DNA of 61,442 nucleotides, the filler included. It is 5 parts of 5 records of this genome, joined end to end, with 100 filler letters (N's around TTAATTAATTAA, not from the genome) between each part and the next. Parts side by side here need not be neighbours in the genome. Positions count along the whole stretch, not along the records: positions 1 to 6,227 come from SRR20825006_1502; positions 6,328 to 11,530 come from SRR20825006_1503; 3 more parts are not named here. One strand, 5' to 3'. The number at the start of each line of letters is the position of its first letter. The stretch's first letter is position 1. The position numbers were made by a program, and so were the translations under genes. Positions 1 through 9,543 of the stretch are shown here, piece after piece. The notes below the pieces were generated by a model. That model made no database searches. It worked only from the letters and a program-made list of their open reading frames with translations, and was not told the DNA's origin.

Positions 1-1365
1 TACATCGTTGCTTATGTTTATACCGATCTTCTGGAATATGCCGGGCCGTTTCAGCGTCTGTTGCGCGAAATTTTTGGCTGGCAATCGGCGCGCGATTACT
101 GGTTCCCCGATATCCGGACCAAGGGCGGGGCAATTCTGGTGCTCAGCCTGACGCTGTATCCTTATGTTTACATGCTGGCCCGGGCTGCCTTTTTGGCGCA
201 ATCGGTCTGTGTCCTTGAAGCTGCGCGCGTTCTTGGGCGTTCGGCGTGGAATTCGTTTGTGACCGTTGCCTTGCCATTGGCGCGGCCTGCCATCGTGGTT
301 GGGGTGGTCATTGCATTGATGGAAACGCTGAATGATTTCGGCACCATCGATTTCTTTGCGGTTCATACCCTGACTGCCGGTATTTTCAACGTCTGGCTTG
401 GTATGGGAAATGCCGGTGGGGCGGCGCAGATTGCGCTGACCATGCTTGCGGTTGTGATTGTCCTGATTGTGGCCGAACGCTATTCGCGTCGTCGCCAGCG
501 CTTCCACGACACAACCAATCGTTTTCAGGAATTACCGGGTTACGAGCTTGGCCCGGTCGCCAAGTTCTTTGCACTTGCGGTTTGTGTTCTGCCGATTGTG
601 CTGGGTTTCGTGATCCCGTCGCTGGTGCTGATCTATTATTCCGTTGGCTATTTTGACCAAAGCTGGACATCGGACTTCTTTGAATATGCGGGCAACAGCC
701 TTCTGGTTGCTGGTCTTGCAACCTTTGTTGCGGTCGGATGTGCTGTGTTTCTGGGATATGCCCTGCGGCTTTTCCCGCAGCCGCTTTTGCGGTTCTGCAT
801 CCGCATGGCGTCGGTTGGCTATGCCGTGCCGGGGGCAGTTCTTGCAATCGGGGTTCTGATTCCATTCGCAAGGTTTGATAATGCGGTTGACGCCGTGATG
901 CGCGAAACATTCGGGATTTCAACCGGTCTGCTTCTAAGCGGTACGGTCTTTGCCATCGTGTTTGCCTATGCCGTGCGGTTTATGGCTGTTTCTTATGGAT
1001 CGATCGAGGCCGCCCTTGGCAAGGTCCGGCCAAGTATGGATGACGCCGCCCGGACATTGGGGGAAAGCCCGTGGGGTACGTTGAAACGTATTCATTTCCC
1101 GATGGTGCGTGGCGGTATTCTTGCCGCCGCGGTTCTGGTCTTTGTTGATGCGATGAAAGAACTTCCGGCGACACTGATCCTGCGGCCGTTCAATTTTGAA
1201 ACGCTGGCAACGCATGTCTATCAGTTTGCCAAGGACGAAATGATCGAGCAGGCCGCACTAGGTGCCTTGACCATCGTCATTGTCGGCGTCGTGCCGGTGG
1301 TTATGCTCAGCCGTGCAATTTCTCGGTCCCGCCCCGGGCATGGCAGTGCATCTTCGCCCCATTGA
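1..1365 (+). CDS. fbpB: Fe(III) ABC transporter permease, 5'-truncated at contig edge
   Basis: Two EAA-like loops (LEAARVLG, MDDAARTLG), LNDFG and MKELPAT motifs, many TM helices; frame is open upstream of the ORF-track start. Confidence 0.88.
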   Translation, partial: YIVAYVYTDLLEYAGPFQRLLREIFGWQSARDYWFPDIRTKGGAILVLSLTLYPYVYMLARAAFLAQSVCVLEAARVLGRSAWNSFVTVALPLARPAIVVGVVIALMETLNDFGTIDFFAVHTLTAGIFNVWLGMGNAGGAAQIALTMLAVVIVLIVAERYSRRRQRFHDTTNRFQELPGYELGPVAKFFALAVCVLPIVLGFVIPSLVLIYYSVGYFDQSWTSDFFEYAGNSLLVAGLATFVAVGCAVFLGYALRLFPQPLLRFCIRMASVGYAVPGAVLAIGVLIPFARFDNAVDAVMRETFGISTGLLLSGTVFAIVFAYAVRFMAVSYGSIEAALGKVRPSMDDAARTLGESPWGTLKRIHFPMVRGGILAAAVLVFVDAMKELPATLILRPFNFETLATHVYQFAKDEMIEQAALGALTIVIVGVVPVVMLSRAISRSRPGHGSASSPH

Positions 1366-1428
1366 CGTTCCTGTTCCGGCGGACCACTATCGCTGCTATA
1401 TGATCCCGATAAATTCGACAGGCTGCCG

Positions 1429-2730
1429 ATGACCACGTCGCAAAAAAATCCTGCCAAGACCGACCTTTGCCATCAACCGGGCCTGACCCGGTTGGAAGAT
1501 GCACTGCGTATTGCGTTTAACGACGTGGCTGTTCGCGCCCCGGTGATTGAGGCACCACTTTCTGATTGTTATGGCGCAATCCTGCGCAAGGATATCGTTG
1601 CCAGGGTCGATGTTCCGTCTGCTGATAATTCGGCGATGGACGGATATGCATTTTGTCATGCCGATTTGCAGGAATTTGTCGGGGCGTCGGATGCACAAAT
1701 CATTGTGGGCGGCGTATCACTGGCAGGTCATCCTTTTGCTGGAGAAATCCCGCGCGGGCAGGCAATCCGCATTGCGACCGGGGCCTCCATTCCTGATGGT
1801 GCGGATTGCATCATCATTCAGGAAAATATCACGGCCAATGCCGATGAAACGCTTTTGACCATCCCGCAGGACGTGATCGCCAAAACCCGTCTGCATCAAC
1901 ATATCCGTCGGCGCGGTGAAGATGTTGCAACCGGTATGGTTGTCCTGCCAGCCGGTAAACGTCTGCGCCCACAGGATATCGCAGTCGCGGCCGGGCAGGG
2001 GTATCAGTCCCTGCCGGTTGCCAGACCATTATCAGTTGCCGTTTTCTCGACCGGGGATGAGCTGGCAAGGCCGGGTGATCCACTTCCAGCCGGTGGCGTC
2101 TACGATTCCAACCGGTTTGCCATGATCGGTATGCTGCGCGCTTGCGGGTGCAGGGTAACCGATCTCGGTCTTCTGGCTGATGATTTCGACGTTCTGAAAA
2201 CGGCCTTGAAGGATGCGGCTCAAACCCATGATGTCATCTTGACGTCGGGTGGGGTTTCGGTTGGCAAGGCCGATCTGCTTAAACCCGTCGTGGATAGCCT
2301 TGGCGAAATTCAGGCGTGGAAACTGGCAATCAAACCCGGAAAGCCCTTGATGCGAGGCCGTATCGGGGATTGTGTGGTTATTGGTTTGCCTGGCAATCCT
2401 GTTTCGGTGATGGTGTCAGGCCTGCTTTATGCCGTGCCATTGCTTTTGCATATGATGGGGGCTGCTGATCAGGTTTGTGCCCCCGTGCGATTGCCCGCAA
2501 CCGCCGGATTTGATTTCAGGCGAGGTACCGGGCGCCGTGAATGGTTGCGCGCCCGTCTTGTGGAGGATGATGGTCAATGGGTTGCCAGGCCTTATCATTC
2601 GGCAAGTTCCGGTATGTTATCCTCGATGGTGTGGGCAGAAGGCCTGATTGAAATCGCCGAGGATTGCGGACAGGTTAAAAAGGGTGATCGCGTGCTTTAT
2701 TTGCCCTTCGGTGGTTTGCAGGCGTTTTAA
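1429..2730 (+). CDS. moeA: molybdopterin molybdotransferase (gephyrin-like)
   Basis: NSAMDGYA, FSTGDEL, TSGGVSVG, IKPGKP and GLPGNP motifs. Confidence 0.95.
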   Translation: MTTSQKNPAKTDLCHQPGLTRLEDALRIAFNDVAVRAPVIEAPLSDCYGAILRKDIVARVDVPSADNSAMDGYAFCHADLQEFVGASDAQIIVGGVSLAGHPFAGEIPRGQAIRIATGASIPDGADCIIIQENITANADETLLTIPQDVIAKTRLHQHIRRRGEDVATGMVVLPAGKRLRPQDIAVAAGQGYQSLPVARPLSVAVFSTGDELARPGDPLPAGGVYDSNRFAMIGMLRACGCRVTDLGLLADDFDVLKTALKDAAQTHDVILTSGGVSVGKADLLKPVVDSLGEIQAWKLAIKPGKPLMRGRIGDCVVIGLPGNPVSVMVSGLLYAVPLLLHMMGAADQVCAPVRLPATAGFDFRRGTGRREWLRARLVEDDGQWVARPYHSASSGMLSSMVWAEGLIEIAEDCGQVKKGDRVLYLPFGGLQAF

Positions 2731-2733
2731 AAA

Positions 2734-2779
2734 CTGATCCAGATCATGGATTTGCTGCCTTTTTTCGCAGATGTATAAC
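2734..2779 (+). promoter_or_regulatory. possible FNR/FixK-type site (cTGAT-CCAG-ATCAt) followed by a TATAAC -10-like element
   Basis: 8/10 match to TTGAT-N4-ATCAA at 2734-2747; TATAAC at 2774-2779; upstream of the MBL gene. Confidence 0.35.
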
Positions 2780-2807
2780 AAAACAACGGATTAAGGGTGG
2801 AAAGCAG

Positions 2808-4388
2808 ATGACTGTATCAGTTACTTTTTGCGGGGCTGCGGGTGGCGTTACCGGTTCGTGTTATCTGCTGCGTACCGACGGTGGTGATATCATTGTCGAT
2901 TGCGGCATGTTTCAGGGCAGCAAGACGGTTCGCGAACTGAACTATGGAGCTTTTCCGTTCAAGGCTGCGGATATTCGTAGCGTGCTTCTGACCCATGCGC
3001 ATATTGATCATTCCGGGTTGCTTCCCAAACTGGTGAAGGCCGGTTTTAACGGGCCGATCTACGCGACCGAACCCACCTGCGATCTTCTGACCTACATGCT
3101 GCCTGATTCCGGCTATATTCAGGAAACCGAGGTCGAACGTCTTAATCGCCGCAATGTTCGGCGTGGCCGCCCGGAAGTCACCCCGATCTATACCCGCGAA
3201 GACGCGGAAAAGACCCTCAAACGTTTGCAGCCTGTCGATTATCATGAGTGGCGCGAAGTTTTACCGGGTTTGCGGGCACGCTACTGGGATGCAGGGCATC
3301 TTTTGGGATCGGCCTCGATCGAGGTCGAAGTGGATGACGAGGCACCGGACGGCGAACCGCGCACCTTGCGGTTGCTGTTTTCAGGTGATATCGGCACGGG
3401 AGAGGCGGTGTTTAACGATGCCCCCGAAGGCCCGAAAAACATCGATTATCTGTTTGTTGAATCGACCTATGGTGATCGTAACCGTCCTGAAGTCAGCGAC
3501 GCCGAACGTCGTGAAATGCTTGCCGTGGAAGTTCGCGCTGCCATTCAGGCTGGCGGCAACCTTGTCATACCAAGCTTTGCTGTTGCCCGAACGCAGGAAT
3601 TGCTGGTTGATCTGGCAACCCTGTTTAACCTTGGAAAGCTGCCCAAGGCGGATGTTTTCGTCGATAGCCCGCTGGCTCAGCGCGCAACCGAGGTTTTTGC
3701 CAAACATCTGTCTCATGACGATGCTCGTGGCTTGGCGCATCCCAATTTCCATATGGTGCCCGATGCCGAAGCCAGCATGCAACTGGCACGGGTTAAAAGC
3801 GGGGCGATCATTTTATCAGCAAGCGGCATGTGCGATGCCGGGCGTATTCGGTATCATCTGAAAAACAATCTGTGGCGTCCTGAATCTACGGTGTTGATGG
3901 TTGGTTTCCAGGCTGCCGGCTCGCTTGGTCGTGTGTTGCAGGGCGGGGCAAAGCACGTCCGCATTCACGGTGACGAGATTGATGTCCGTGCCCGGATCAG
4001 AACGCTTGATATCTATTCCGGTCATGCCGATCAGGACATGCTTCTGCGCTGGACAAAAGAACGTATGCCGGTATCGCGGCGTATTTTCCTGACCCATGGT
4101 GAAGATGGCGCACGTGCCGGTTTGCAGCAGGCGATGATTAATGCCGGTATCGAAGAAAGCAAAATCGCCCTTCCGATGCTTGATGACACCGTTATGCTCA
4201 AACGCGGGCAGGCAAAACAGGCCGAATTCAAACCGCGCCTGCCGGCTGGCGAAATGTCCCGGGACGACTGGCATAACCGCTATGCCCATAGTGTTACAGA
4301 GCTTTCTGAAAAACTTCGCGCACTCGACAGCAACGAAAAACGCGAGGCCCTGCTCGAAAAAGTCTTGCAAGATATCGCATCGGCATGA
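2808..4388 (+). CDS. MBL-fold beta-CASP metallo-hydrolase/ribonuclease
   Basis: THAHIDHSG metal motif, AGHLLGS, ESTYG, ASGMC and YSGHAD motifs. Confidence 0.9.
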   Translation: MTVSVTFCGAAGGVTGSCYLLRTDGGDIIVDCGMFQGSKTVRELNYGAFPFKAADIRSVLLTHAHIDHSGLLPKLVKAGFNGPIYATEPTCDLLTYMLPDSGYIQETEVERLNRRNVRRGRPEVTPIYTREDAEKTLKRLQPVDYHEWREVLPGLRARYWDAGHLLGSASIEVEVDDEAPDGEPRTLRLLFSGDIGTGEAVFNDAPEGPKNIDYLFVESTYGDRNRPEVSDAERREMLAVEVRAAIQAGGNLVIPSFAVARTQELLVDLATLFNLGKLPKADVFVDSPLAQRATEVFAKHLSHDDARGLAHPNFHMVPDAEASMQLARVKSGAIILSASGMCDAGRIRYHLKNNLWRPESTVLMVGFQAAGSLGRVLQGGAKHVRIHGDEIDVRARIRTLDIYSGHADQDMLLRWTKERMPVSRRIFLTHGEDGARAGLQQAMINAGIEESKIALPMLDDTVMLKRGQAKQAEFKPRLPAGEMSRDDWHNRYAHSVTELSEKLRALDSNEKREALLEKVLQDIASA

Positions 4389-4514
4389 GAGCAATAGCCC
4401 GATGGCAGGTTTTAAATACCGTAAAATACGGAAATACTTGCCAACGGGCGATATCGTGTCACCCTATATCGGGTTGAGAAGGTATCGAAGGACACTACGA
4501 GAGCGGGCGGATAT

Positions 4515-5717
4515 ATGTCGATCGTGGGGAATACCGGCTATCGTGTTCTGATCTATAGCCACGATACATTCGGCTTGGGCCATCTGCGCCGCTGCCGAAC
4601 CATTGCGCATGCGCTTGTTTCACGTCGGGACGATGTATCTGTGCTGATCCTTTCTGGATCGCCGATCATTGGCAGTTTCGAATTCCGTTCACGAGTCGAC
4701 TTTGTGCGCATTCCGGGCGTGATCAAGCTCTCGAATGGTGAATACACGTCACTTAATCTGAATATTGATGTTGATCAGACTCTGGCGATGCGTGAATCCA
4801 TTATTCAGCATACCGCCGACGTGTTTAACCCTGATCTGTTCATCGTCGACAAGGAGCCGCTTGGTTTGCGCGGGGAAGTTGAATCGACACTTCAAATGCT
4901 TCGCCATCGCCGCACGCGCCTTGTCATGGGCTTGCGCGATGTGATGGATGACCCGGTTAATCTGCGCGAAGAATGGGACCGCAAAAAATGCGTTCCGGCC
5001 CTTGCCGATCTTTACGATGAAATCTGGGTCTATGGCCTCAAGGACATCTGCAATCCGCTTGAAGGTATTGATTTGCCACCGGGTGTCGAAGAAAAAATGA
5101 CCTATACCGGCTATCTGCCGCGTACAGCCACCCGCAAACCAACCCCGGAACATGGCGCGCTTGGTCTTGAGGAACCCTATTACCTTGTCACCACCGGTGG
5201 CGGTGGAGATGGGGTTAATCTGGTCGATTGGGTTATCAGTGCCTATGAAGCCGATCCTGACATTCCGGTTCCGTCGCTTGTTGTGCTGGGCCCGTTCATG
5301 GCACCAAATGATCAGCAGGCGTTCATGGAACGCGCCGAAAAGATCGATAAGCTCTCGGTCATCACCTTTGATGCCAATGTTGAAATGTTGATGGATCGGT
5401 CCGCTGGCGTGATTGCGATGGGCGGATACAATACCTTCTGCGAAATTCTGTCTTTTGACAAACCGGCAATTATTGTGCCGCGAACCGTTCCGCGGCTTGA
5501 ACAATATGTCCGCGCATCGGCGGCCGAAAAGCTTGGTCTGGTCAAGATGCTGACCGAGGACGGTGGTCGTCCGCCGATGCAAATGGCCGAGGCCCTTCGC
5601 AGTCTGATTGATCAGCCAAAGCCGTCGCATGTGACCGTGCCAAACCTGATGGGCGGCCTTGATAGTGTTGGCGATCAGGTTGAACGCTGGCTGCCGCCGC
5701 AGCTTGCTGCCGAGTAA
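4515..5717 (+). CDS. GT-B glycosyltransferase (COG4671/GT28-like)
   Basis: YSHDTFGLGHLRR N-terminus, TGGGGDG, MGGYNT and EQ..RA motifs. Confidence 0.85.
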   Translation: MSIVGNTGYRVLIYSHDTFGLGHLRRCRTIAHALVSRRDDVSVLILSGSPIIGSFEFRSRVDFVRIPGVIKLSNGEYTSLNLNIDVDQTLAMRESIIQHTADVFNPDLFIVDKEPLGLRGEVESTLQMLRHRRTRLVMGLRDVMDDPVNLREEWDRKKCVPALADLYDEIWVYGLKDICNPLEGIDLPPGVEEKMTYTGYLPRTATRKPTPEHGALGLEEPYYLVTTGGGGDGVNLVDWVISAYEADPDIPVPSLVVLGPFMAPNDQQAFMERAEKIDKLSVITFDANVEMLMDRSAGVIAMGGYNTFCEILSFDKPAIIVPRTVPRLEQYVRASAAEKLGLVKMLTEDGGRPPMQMAEALRSLIDQPKPSHVTVPNLMGGLDSVGDQVERWLPPQLAAE

Positions 5718-5738
5718 GATTTTCCGGGATAACAACAG

Positions 5739-6227
5739 ATGTCATGCGACAAGCTTGCAATCGTGGTGAAAGGTTATCCACGATTGTCGGAAACCTTTAT
5801 TGCCCAGGAAATACTTGGTATTCAGCAGGCAGGTATTCCTTATCGCATTGTATCCCTGCGTCATCCGACCGATAAAAAACGCCATCCGATCCACGAACGG
5901 ATCATGGCTGAAATCGATTACCTGCCAGAATATGTTTATCAGGAACCGATGCGCGTGTTTCGCGGCTGGTTAAAGGCGCGCAAAATGCCGGGATATCGTC
6001 GGGCCAGAAACATCTGGTGGCAGGACTATCGCCGGGATCGCACGCCGAACCGTGCCCGTCGTTTCGCCCAGGCATTGGTAATGGCGGCGGAGCTGCCGAA
6101 CGATATCACACGCATCTATGCGCATTTCCTGCACACCCCGGCATCGGTTGCACGATATGCCGCGATCATTCGCGGTCTTCCATGGTGTTGTTCGGCGCAT
6201 GCCAAGGATATCTACACCAGCGAAGAT
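5739..6227 (+). CDS. glycosyltransferase family 4, 3'-truncated
   Basis: GYPRLSETFI, AHF and SAHAKDIY motifs; runs into the spacer. Confidence 0.85.
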
Positions 6228-6327
6228 NNNNNNNNNNNNNNNNNNNNNNNNNNNNNNNNNNNNNNNNNNNNTTAATTAATTAANNNNNNNNNNNNNNNNN
6301 NNNNNNNNNNNNNNNNNNNNNNNNNNN
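6228..6327. other. artificial contig spacer
   Basis: N44-TTAATTAATTAA-N44, stops in all six frames; genes on both sides are truncated. Confidence 0.99.
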
Positions 6328-7195
6328 TCTGGTCACCGACAGCACCTATTACCCGACGCGCAGTCTGTGCAATACCTTCCTCAAACGCTTTGGCGTTGAA
6401 ACCGAATATTACGATCCGGCCATCGGCGGCGATATCGCGGGGCTCATTCGCGACAATACCGCCTTTGTCTGGTGCGAAAGCCCCGGCTCGCTGACCTTTG
6501 AAATGCAGGATATCCCGGCGATTTCGGCAGCGGCCCGTGCACGCGGGGTCAAGGTATTGCTTGATAACACCTGGGCATCGCCGCTTCTGTGCCGCCCGTT
6601 TGATATGGGGGTTGATGTATCGGTGCAGGCTGGCACTAAATACATCGTCGGTCATTCCGACGTCATGCTGGGCACGATCACCACCGCCACCGAAGAAGAC
6701 CTTCTGACGATTAAAAAACAGATCATCATATCGGGCGATGCGGTTGGTCCCGATGATTGCTATCTCGCACAACGCGGGCTTCGCACCCTTGGCGTGCGCC
6801 TGCGCCAGCATCATGAAAGCGGCATCAAGGTCGCCCAATGGCTGCAAACCCGCCCGGAGGTCAAACGCGTCCTGCACCCGGCCCTGCCCGATGATCCGGG
6901 CCATGCCATCTGGAAACGCGACTTCACCGGCGCATCGGGCCTGTTTTCCTTTATCCTGAAACCGGTCACAAAGCCGCAGCTTGCCAATATGGTCGATCAT
7001 ATGGACCTGTTTGGCATGGGATTTAGCTGGGGCGGCTTCGAAAGCCTGATCCTGCCGTCCGATCCGAAAAACATCCGCACCGCAACCAAATGGGACGAAG
7101 ACGGCCAACTGATCCGCCTTCATGTCGGCCTTGAAGACACCGACGACCTGATCGCCGATCTGGAAGCAGGTCTTGCCCGTCTGGCAAAAGACTAA
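6328..7195 (+). CDS. metC: cystathionine beta-lyase, 5'-truncated
   Basis: ESPGS, DNTW, TKYIVGHSD (PLP lysine), GFSWGGFESL and RLHVGLED motifs. Confidence 0.92.
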
Positions 7196-7213
7196 GATAT
7201 CCCGCAGTCAAAC

Positions 7214-7251
7214 GCAAAAGGGCGCCCGAATTATTTCGGCGCCCTTTTTGC
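7214..7251. terminator. bidirectional intrinsic terminator between metC and the DUF3429 gene
   Basis: caaaagggcgcc...ggcgccctttttg hairpin with A/T tails between convergent genes. Confidence 0.75.
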
Positions 7252-7260
7252 AGAATCATC

Positions 7261-7770
7261 CTATACCCACGCAAAAAGCAAAGAGGCCACAACCACCGCC
7301 GAAAGAATCACACGCAAATTGCCATACCATTCCGGCAAAGAACCGATCCTGACCATAAACAGATCAATCAGAAGCATTGCGGCAAAACTCGCCGCCAGGA
7401 TCGGCAGCGCGATAAATCTTGGCACCAGCAACGCACCCCACCCGAATAGCGACGGTGTCACACTGATCGCAAGCGGCACCCACAAGGTTTTATCCTCAAG
7501 TCGGCCATGCTCTGGCGGTACAATCGCTCTTCCCCAGTGCACACCCCCCAAAAAGGAAAGAATCACCGCCCCGTAAGCCATCAACGAAAACTGCGCATAA
7601 GACTGATGAGCTGGCGATAAGAACTCGCCCCCAAATGAGAGCACCATGAAAGGTATGGCGCCCGTCAACCCGAACCAGCGCGCAGCAGGTGGAATAACCG
7701 CAAAAAATCCATCCCTCCTGATCGCGCGAATTGAACCGGGTTGCTGCGGTGAATTGGTTGCGTCTTCCAT
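7261..7770 (-). CDS. DUF3429-like membrane protein
   Basis: GAIPF, YGAVILSFLGGVHWG and PEWY..LR motifs; about 5 TM helices. Confidence 0.85.
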   Translation of the reverse strand: MEDATNSPQQPGSIRAIRRDGFFAVIPPAARWFGLTGAIPFMVLSFGGEFLSPAHQSYAQFSLMAYGAVILSFLGGVHWGRAIVPPEHGRLEDKTLWVPLAISVTPSLFGWGALLVPRFIALPILAASFAAMLLIDLFMVRIGSLPEWYGNLRVILSAVVVASLLFAWV

Positions 7771-7807
7771 GACGAGCTCCGTTTGGGCGTAAGATGCTCG
7801 TTCTACG

Positions 7808-8002
7808 TTATTTTATCCCTGACTGATCACCCCAGCACGCCTGGAAACGGCGCAGAATGGGAACCATCATCGCGCTCAGGACAAACAGCCCCGCCGCCGA
7901 AATCACGATGCTTGGCCGCACCAATCGCCATCTGTTCGGGCGTTCTGGCAAAAAACCGCGCCCAGGCCGCCGGAATGCTTCCCGCAGCCGCGATTTCCGG
8001 CC
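7808..8002 (-). pseudogene. znuB: degenerate second copy of the znuB 3' end with two internal deletions
   Basis: Three blocks align to znuB: 7970-8000 to 9852-9882, 7914-7958 to 9691-9735 (44/45 nt identical) and 7884-7917 to 9593-9626; they encode PEIAAAGSIP, ARFFARTPEQMAIGAA and PSIVISAAGLF. Confidence 0.9.
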
Positions 8003-8013
8003 CGGAACGAATA

Positions 8014-8364
8014 TCAGGCGGTCGAAGGCTCCTTGCGTTTGACCGCCTTTTCGATGATTTCCTCGCTCCACTGGTTAAGGCTTTTACCCGCCAGCTCTGC
8101 GGCAATCGCTGCCTTCCGGTGAATATCGGGACTGACCCGCAGCATCATCTTGCCGGAATAAGGTTTTTGCGGCGTCTTGCCCGTCTTGGTACAAGTCTCA
8201 AGATAATCGTCTACCGCCTCGTAAAAGGCTTCCTTCAAATCCGCAACCGTATCGGCATGAAATCCGACACGATCCCGAATACCGGCAATATGGCCGACGA
8301 AAATCTCGTCATCGGAATCAAATTCGACACGCGCCATATAACCTTTGTAAGTCATTGCATTCAT
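8014..8364 (-). CDS. hicB: HicB-family antitoxin
   Basis: MTYKGY...FVGHIAGIRD..GFHA, EAVDDYLE.C...G..P.KPYSG and RHH-like LRVSPDIH...AA...GKSLNQW. Confidence 0.93.
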   Translation of the reverse strand: MNAMTYKGYMARVEFDSDDEIFVGHIAGIRDRVGFHADTVADLKEAFYEAVDDYLETCTKTGKTPQKPYSGKMMLRVSPDIHRKAAIAAELAGKSLNQWSEEIIEKAVKRKEPSTA

Positions 8365-8442
8365 GGCGTTACTCCTGCGCGGATCAGAAAATCACGCATA
8401 GGGAAAAACTGCGACCAAGCTTCTTCTGTGCTTGCCCACCAT
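8361..8442 (-). pseudogene. hicA: hicA toxin remnant (N- and C-termini joined by a large out-of-frame deletion)
   Basis: ATG at 8442 gives MVGKHRRSLVAVF (HicA-like N-terminus); another frame gives MRDFLIRAGVTP* (HicA-like C-terminus) whose TGA overlaps the hicB ATG (ATGA); only 82 nt remain. Confidence 0.8.
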
Positions 8443-8443
8443 A

Positions 8444-8460
8444 CTATCATGATGTGATAG
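8444..8460. promoter_or_regulatory. putative HicB operator palindrome CTATCA-N5-TGATAG
   Basis: Perfect 6-bp inverted repeat immediately upstream of the hicA start. Confidence 0.55.
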
Positions 8461-8464
8461 AAAA

Positions 8465-9466
8465 TTAAGAGGTCTTGGCTTTCAGGATATGCTCAAAATC
8501 TTTTAGGGCTGCGGCGGCTGTCGCCAGCGGCTCTTCACCGCACCCGATTGCGATTGTCTCGCCCATGGCATCGGTGATGATCCGGATTGCCTTGTTCTTG
8601 CCGCTGACCTGCGCCAAGGGATCGGAATTCGGATAAGCCCTGACACCGACACGCGCAGAAATCGTCCCATTATCCGCACATTCCAGACTGCCGACAAGTT
8701 TGGGAACAAGGCCCTCCGCCCGCCACGCATCAATCCGGTCTGCGGTAACGCCGTGAATGCCCTCGACAACAAGGTCATCCATCGCAAGCTCCGCCCCCAG
8801 CCCAAAATTGGCAAGAAGCAACAGCTTGCATGCCGTGTCCCAGCCTTCGGTATCGTTGCGCGTATCAGCTTCGGCAAAGCCGCCTTTTTGCGCCTCTTTC
8901 AGGGCGGCGTCAAAGCCCACACCTTTCGAGATCATCGCATCGAGAAGGAAATTGGTCGTGGCATTCAAAATACCCTCGACACTCAAAACCCGGCACCCGG
9001 TCAGGCTATGCTCAACAAGATCAATGGTCGGCAGGGCCGCGGCACTTGCACCGCTAAGCTTTAAAATGGCCCCCGATACCTTCGCCAGATCGCGCAATTC
9101 CCGTCCGCTATGGACCAGCGCGCCCTTGGAAATCACAATCGTGTCCCGACCGACTGACAGGGCCGAATGAATATAGGCAAGCCCCGGACCGCCCGTGCGG
9201 AAATCACTGGGACCGGCCTCAATCAGGACATCTGCCCCGGACGTACTGATAAAGTCCGGCCCGCTCAAACCCGGTTCCAGCGCATCAAACTGATCGGCAT
9301 CAAGCCCGTTTGCATCAAACAGGCCCGAACGCGATCCGCACACCACCACCAGACGCACATCTGCACCGTAAAGGCTGCGGTAATGTGCCCGCCGTGCCAA
9401 AAGCAGATTTGCCGTGGCACGACCAACGCCACCAAAACCCGCAATCGCAACCCTGATCACCCGCAT
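8465..9466 (-). CDS. homoserine dehydrogenase, short form without ACT domain
   Basis: GFGGVG Rossmann motif, GILNATTNF, GFAEAD..ND.EGWD.ACK catalytic region. Confidence 0.85.
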   Translation of the reverse strand: MRVIRVAIAGFGGVGRATANLLLARRAHYRSLYGADVRLVVVCGSRSGLFDANGLDADQFDALEPGLSGPDFISTSGADVLIEAGPSDFRTGGPGLAYIHSALSVGRDTIVISKGALVHSGRELRDLAKVSGAILKLSGASAAALPTIDLVEHSLTGCRVLSVEGILNATTNFLLDAMISKGVGFDAALKEAQKGGFAEADTRNDTEGWDTACKLLLLANFGLGAELAMDDLVVEGIHGVTADRIDAWRAEGLVPKLVGSLECADNGTISARVGVRAYPNSDPLAQVSGKNKAIRIITDAMGETIAIGCGEEPLATAAAALKDFEHILKAKTS

Positions 9467-9543
9467 ATTGTTCGTCCTTGTTTCATACCTGACAGCGCAT
9501 TTTTATTCGCCCTGCCCGTAATCCAAACATTACCGATACCGGA

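Noticed and set aside
7783-8457. 224-aa plus-strand ORF and 9167-10006 ORF sharing the peptide AAPIAICSGVLAKNRA
   Set aside because: The shared peptide is only the antisense reading of the duplicated znuB segment
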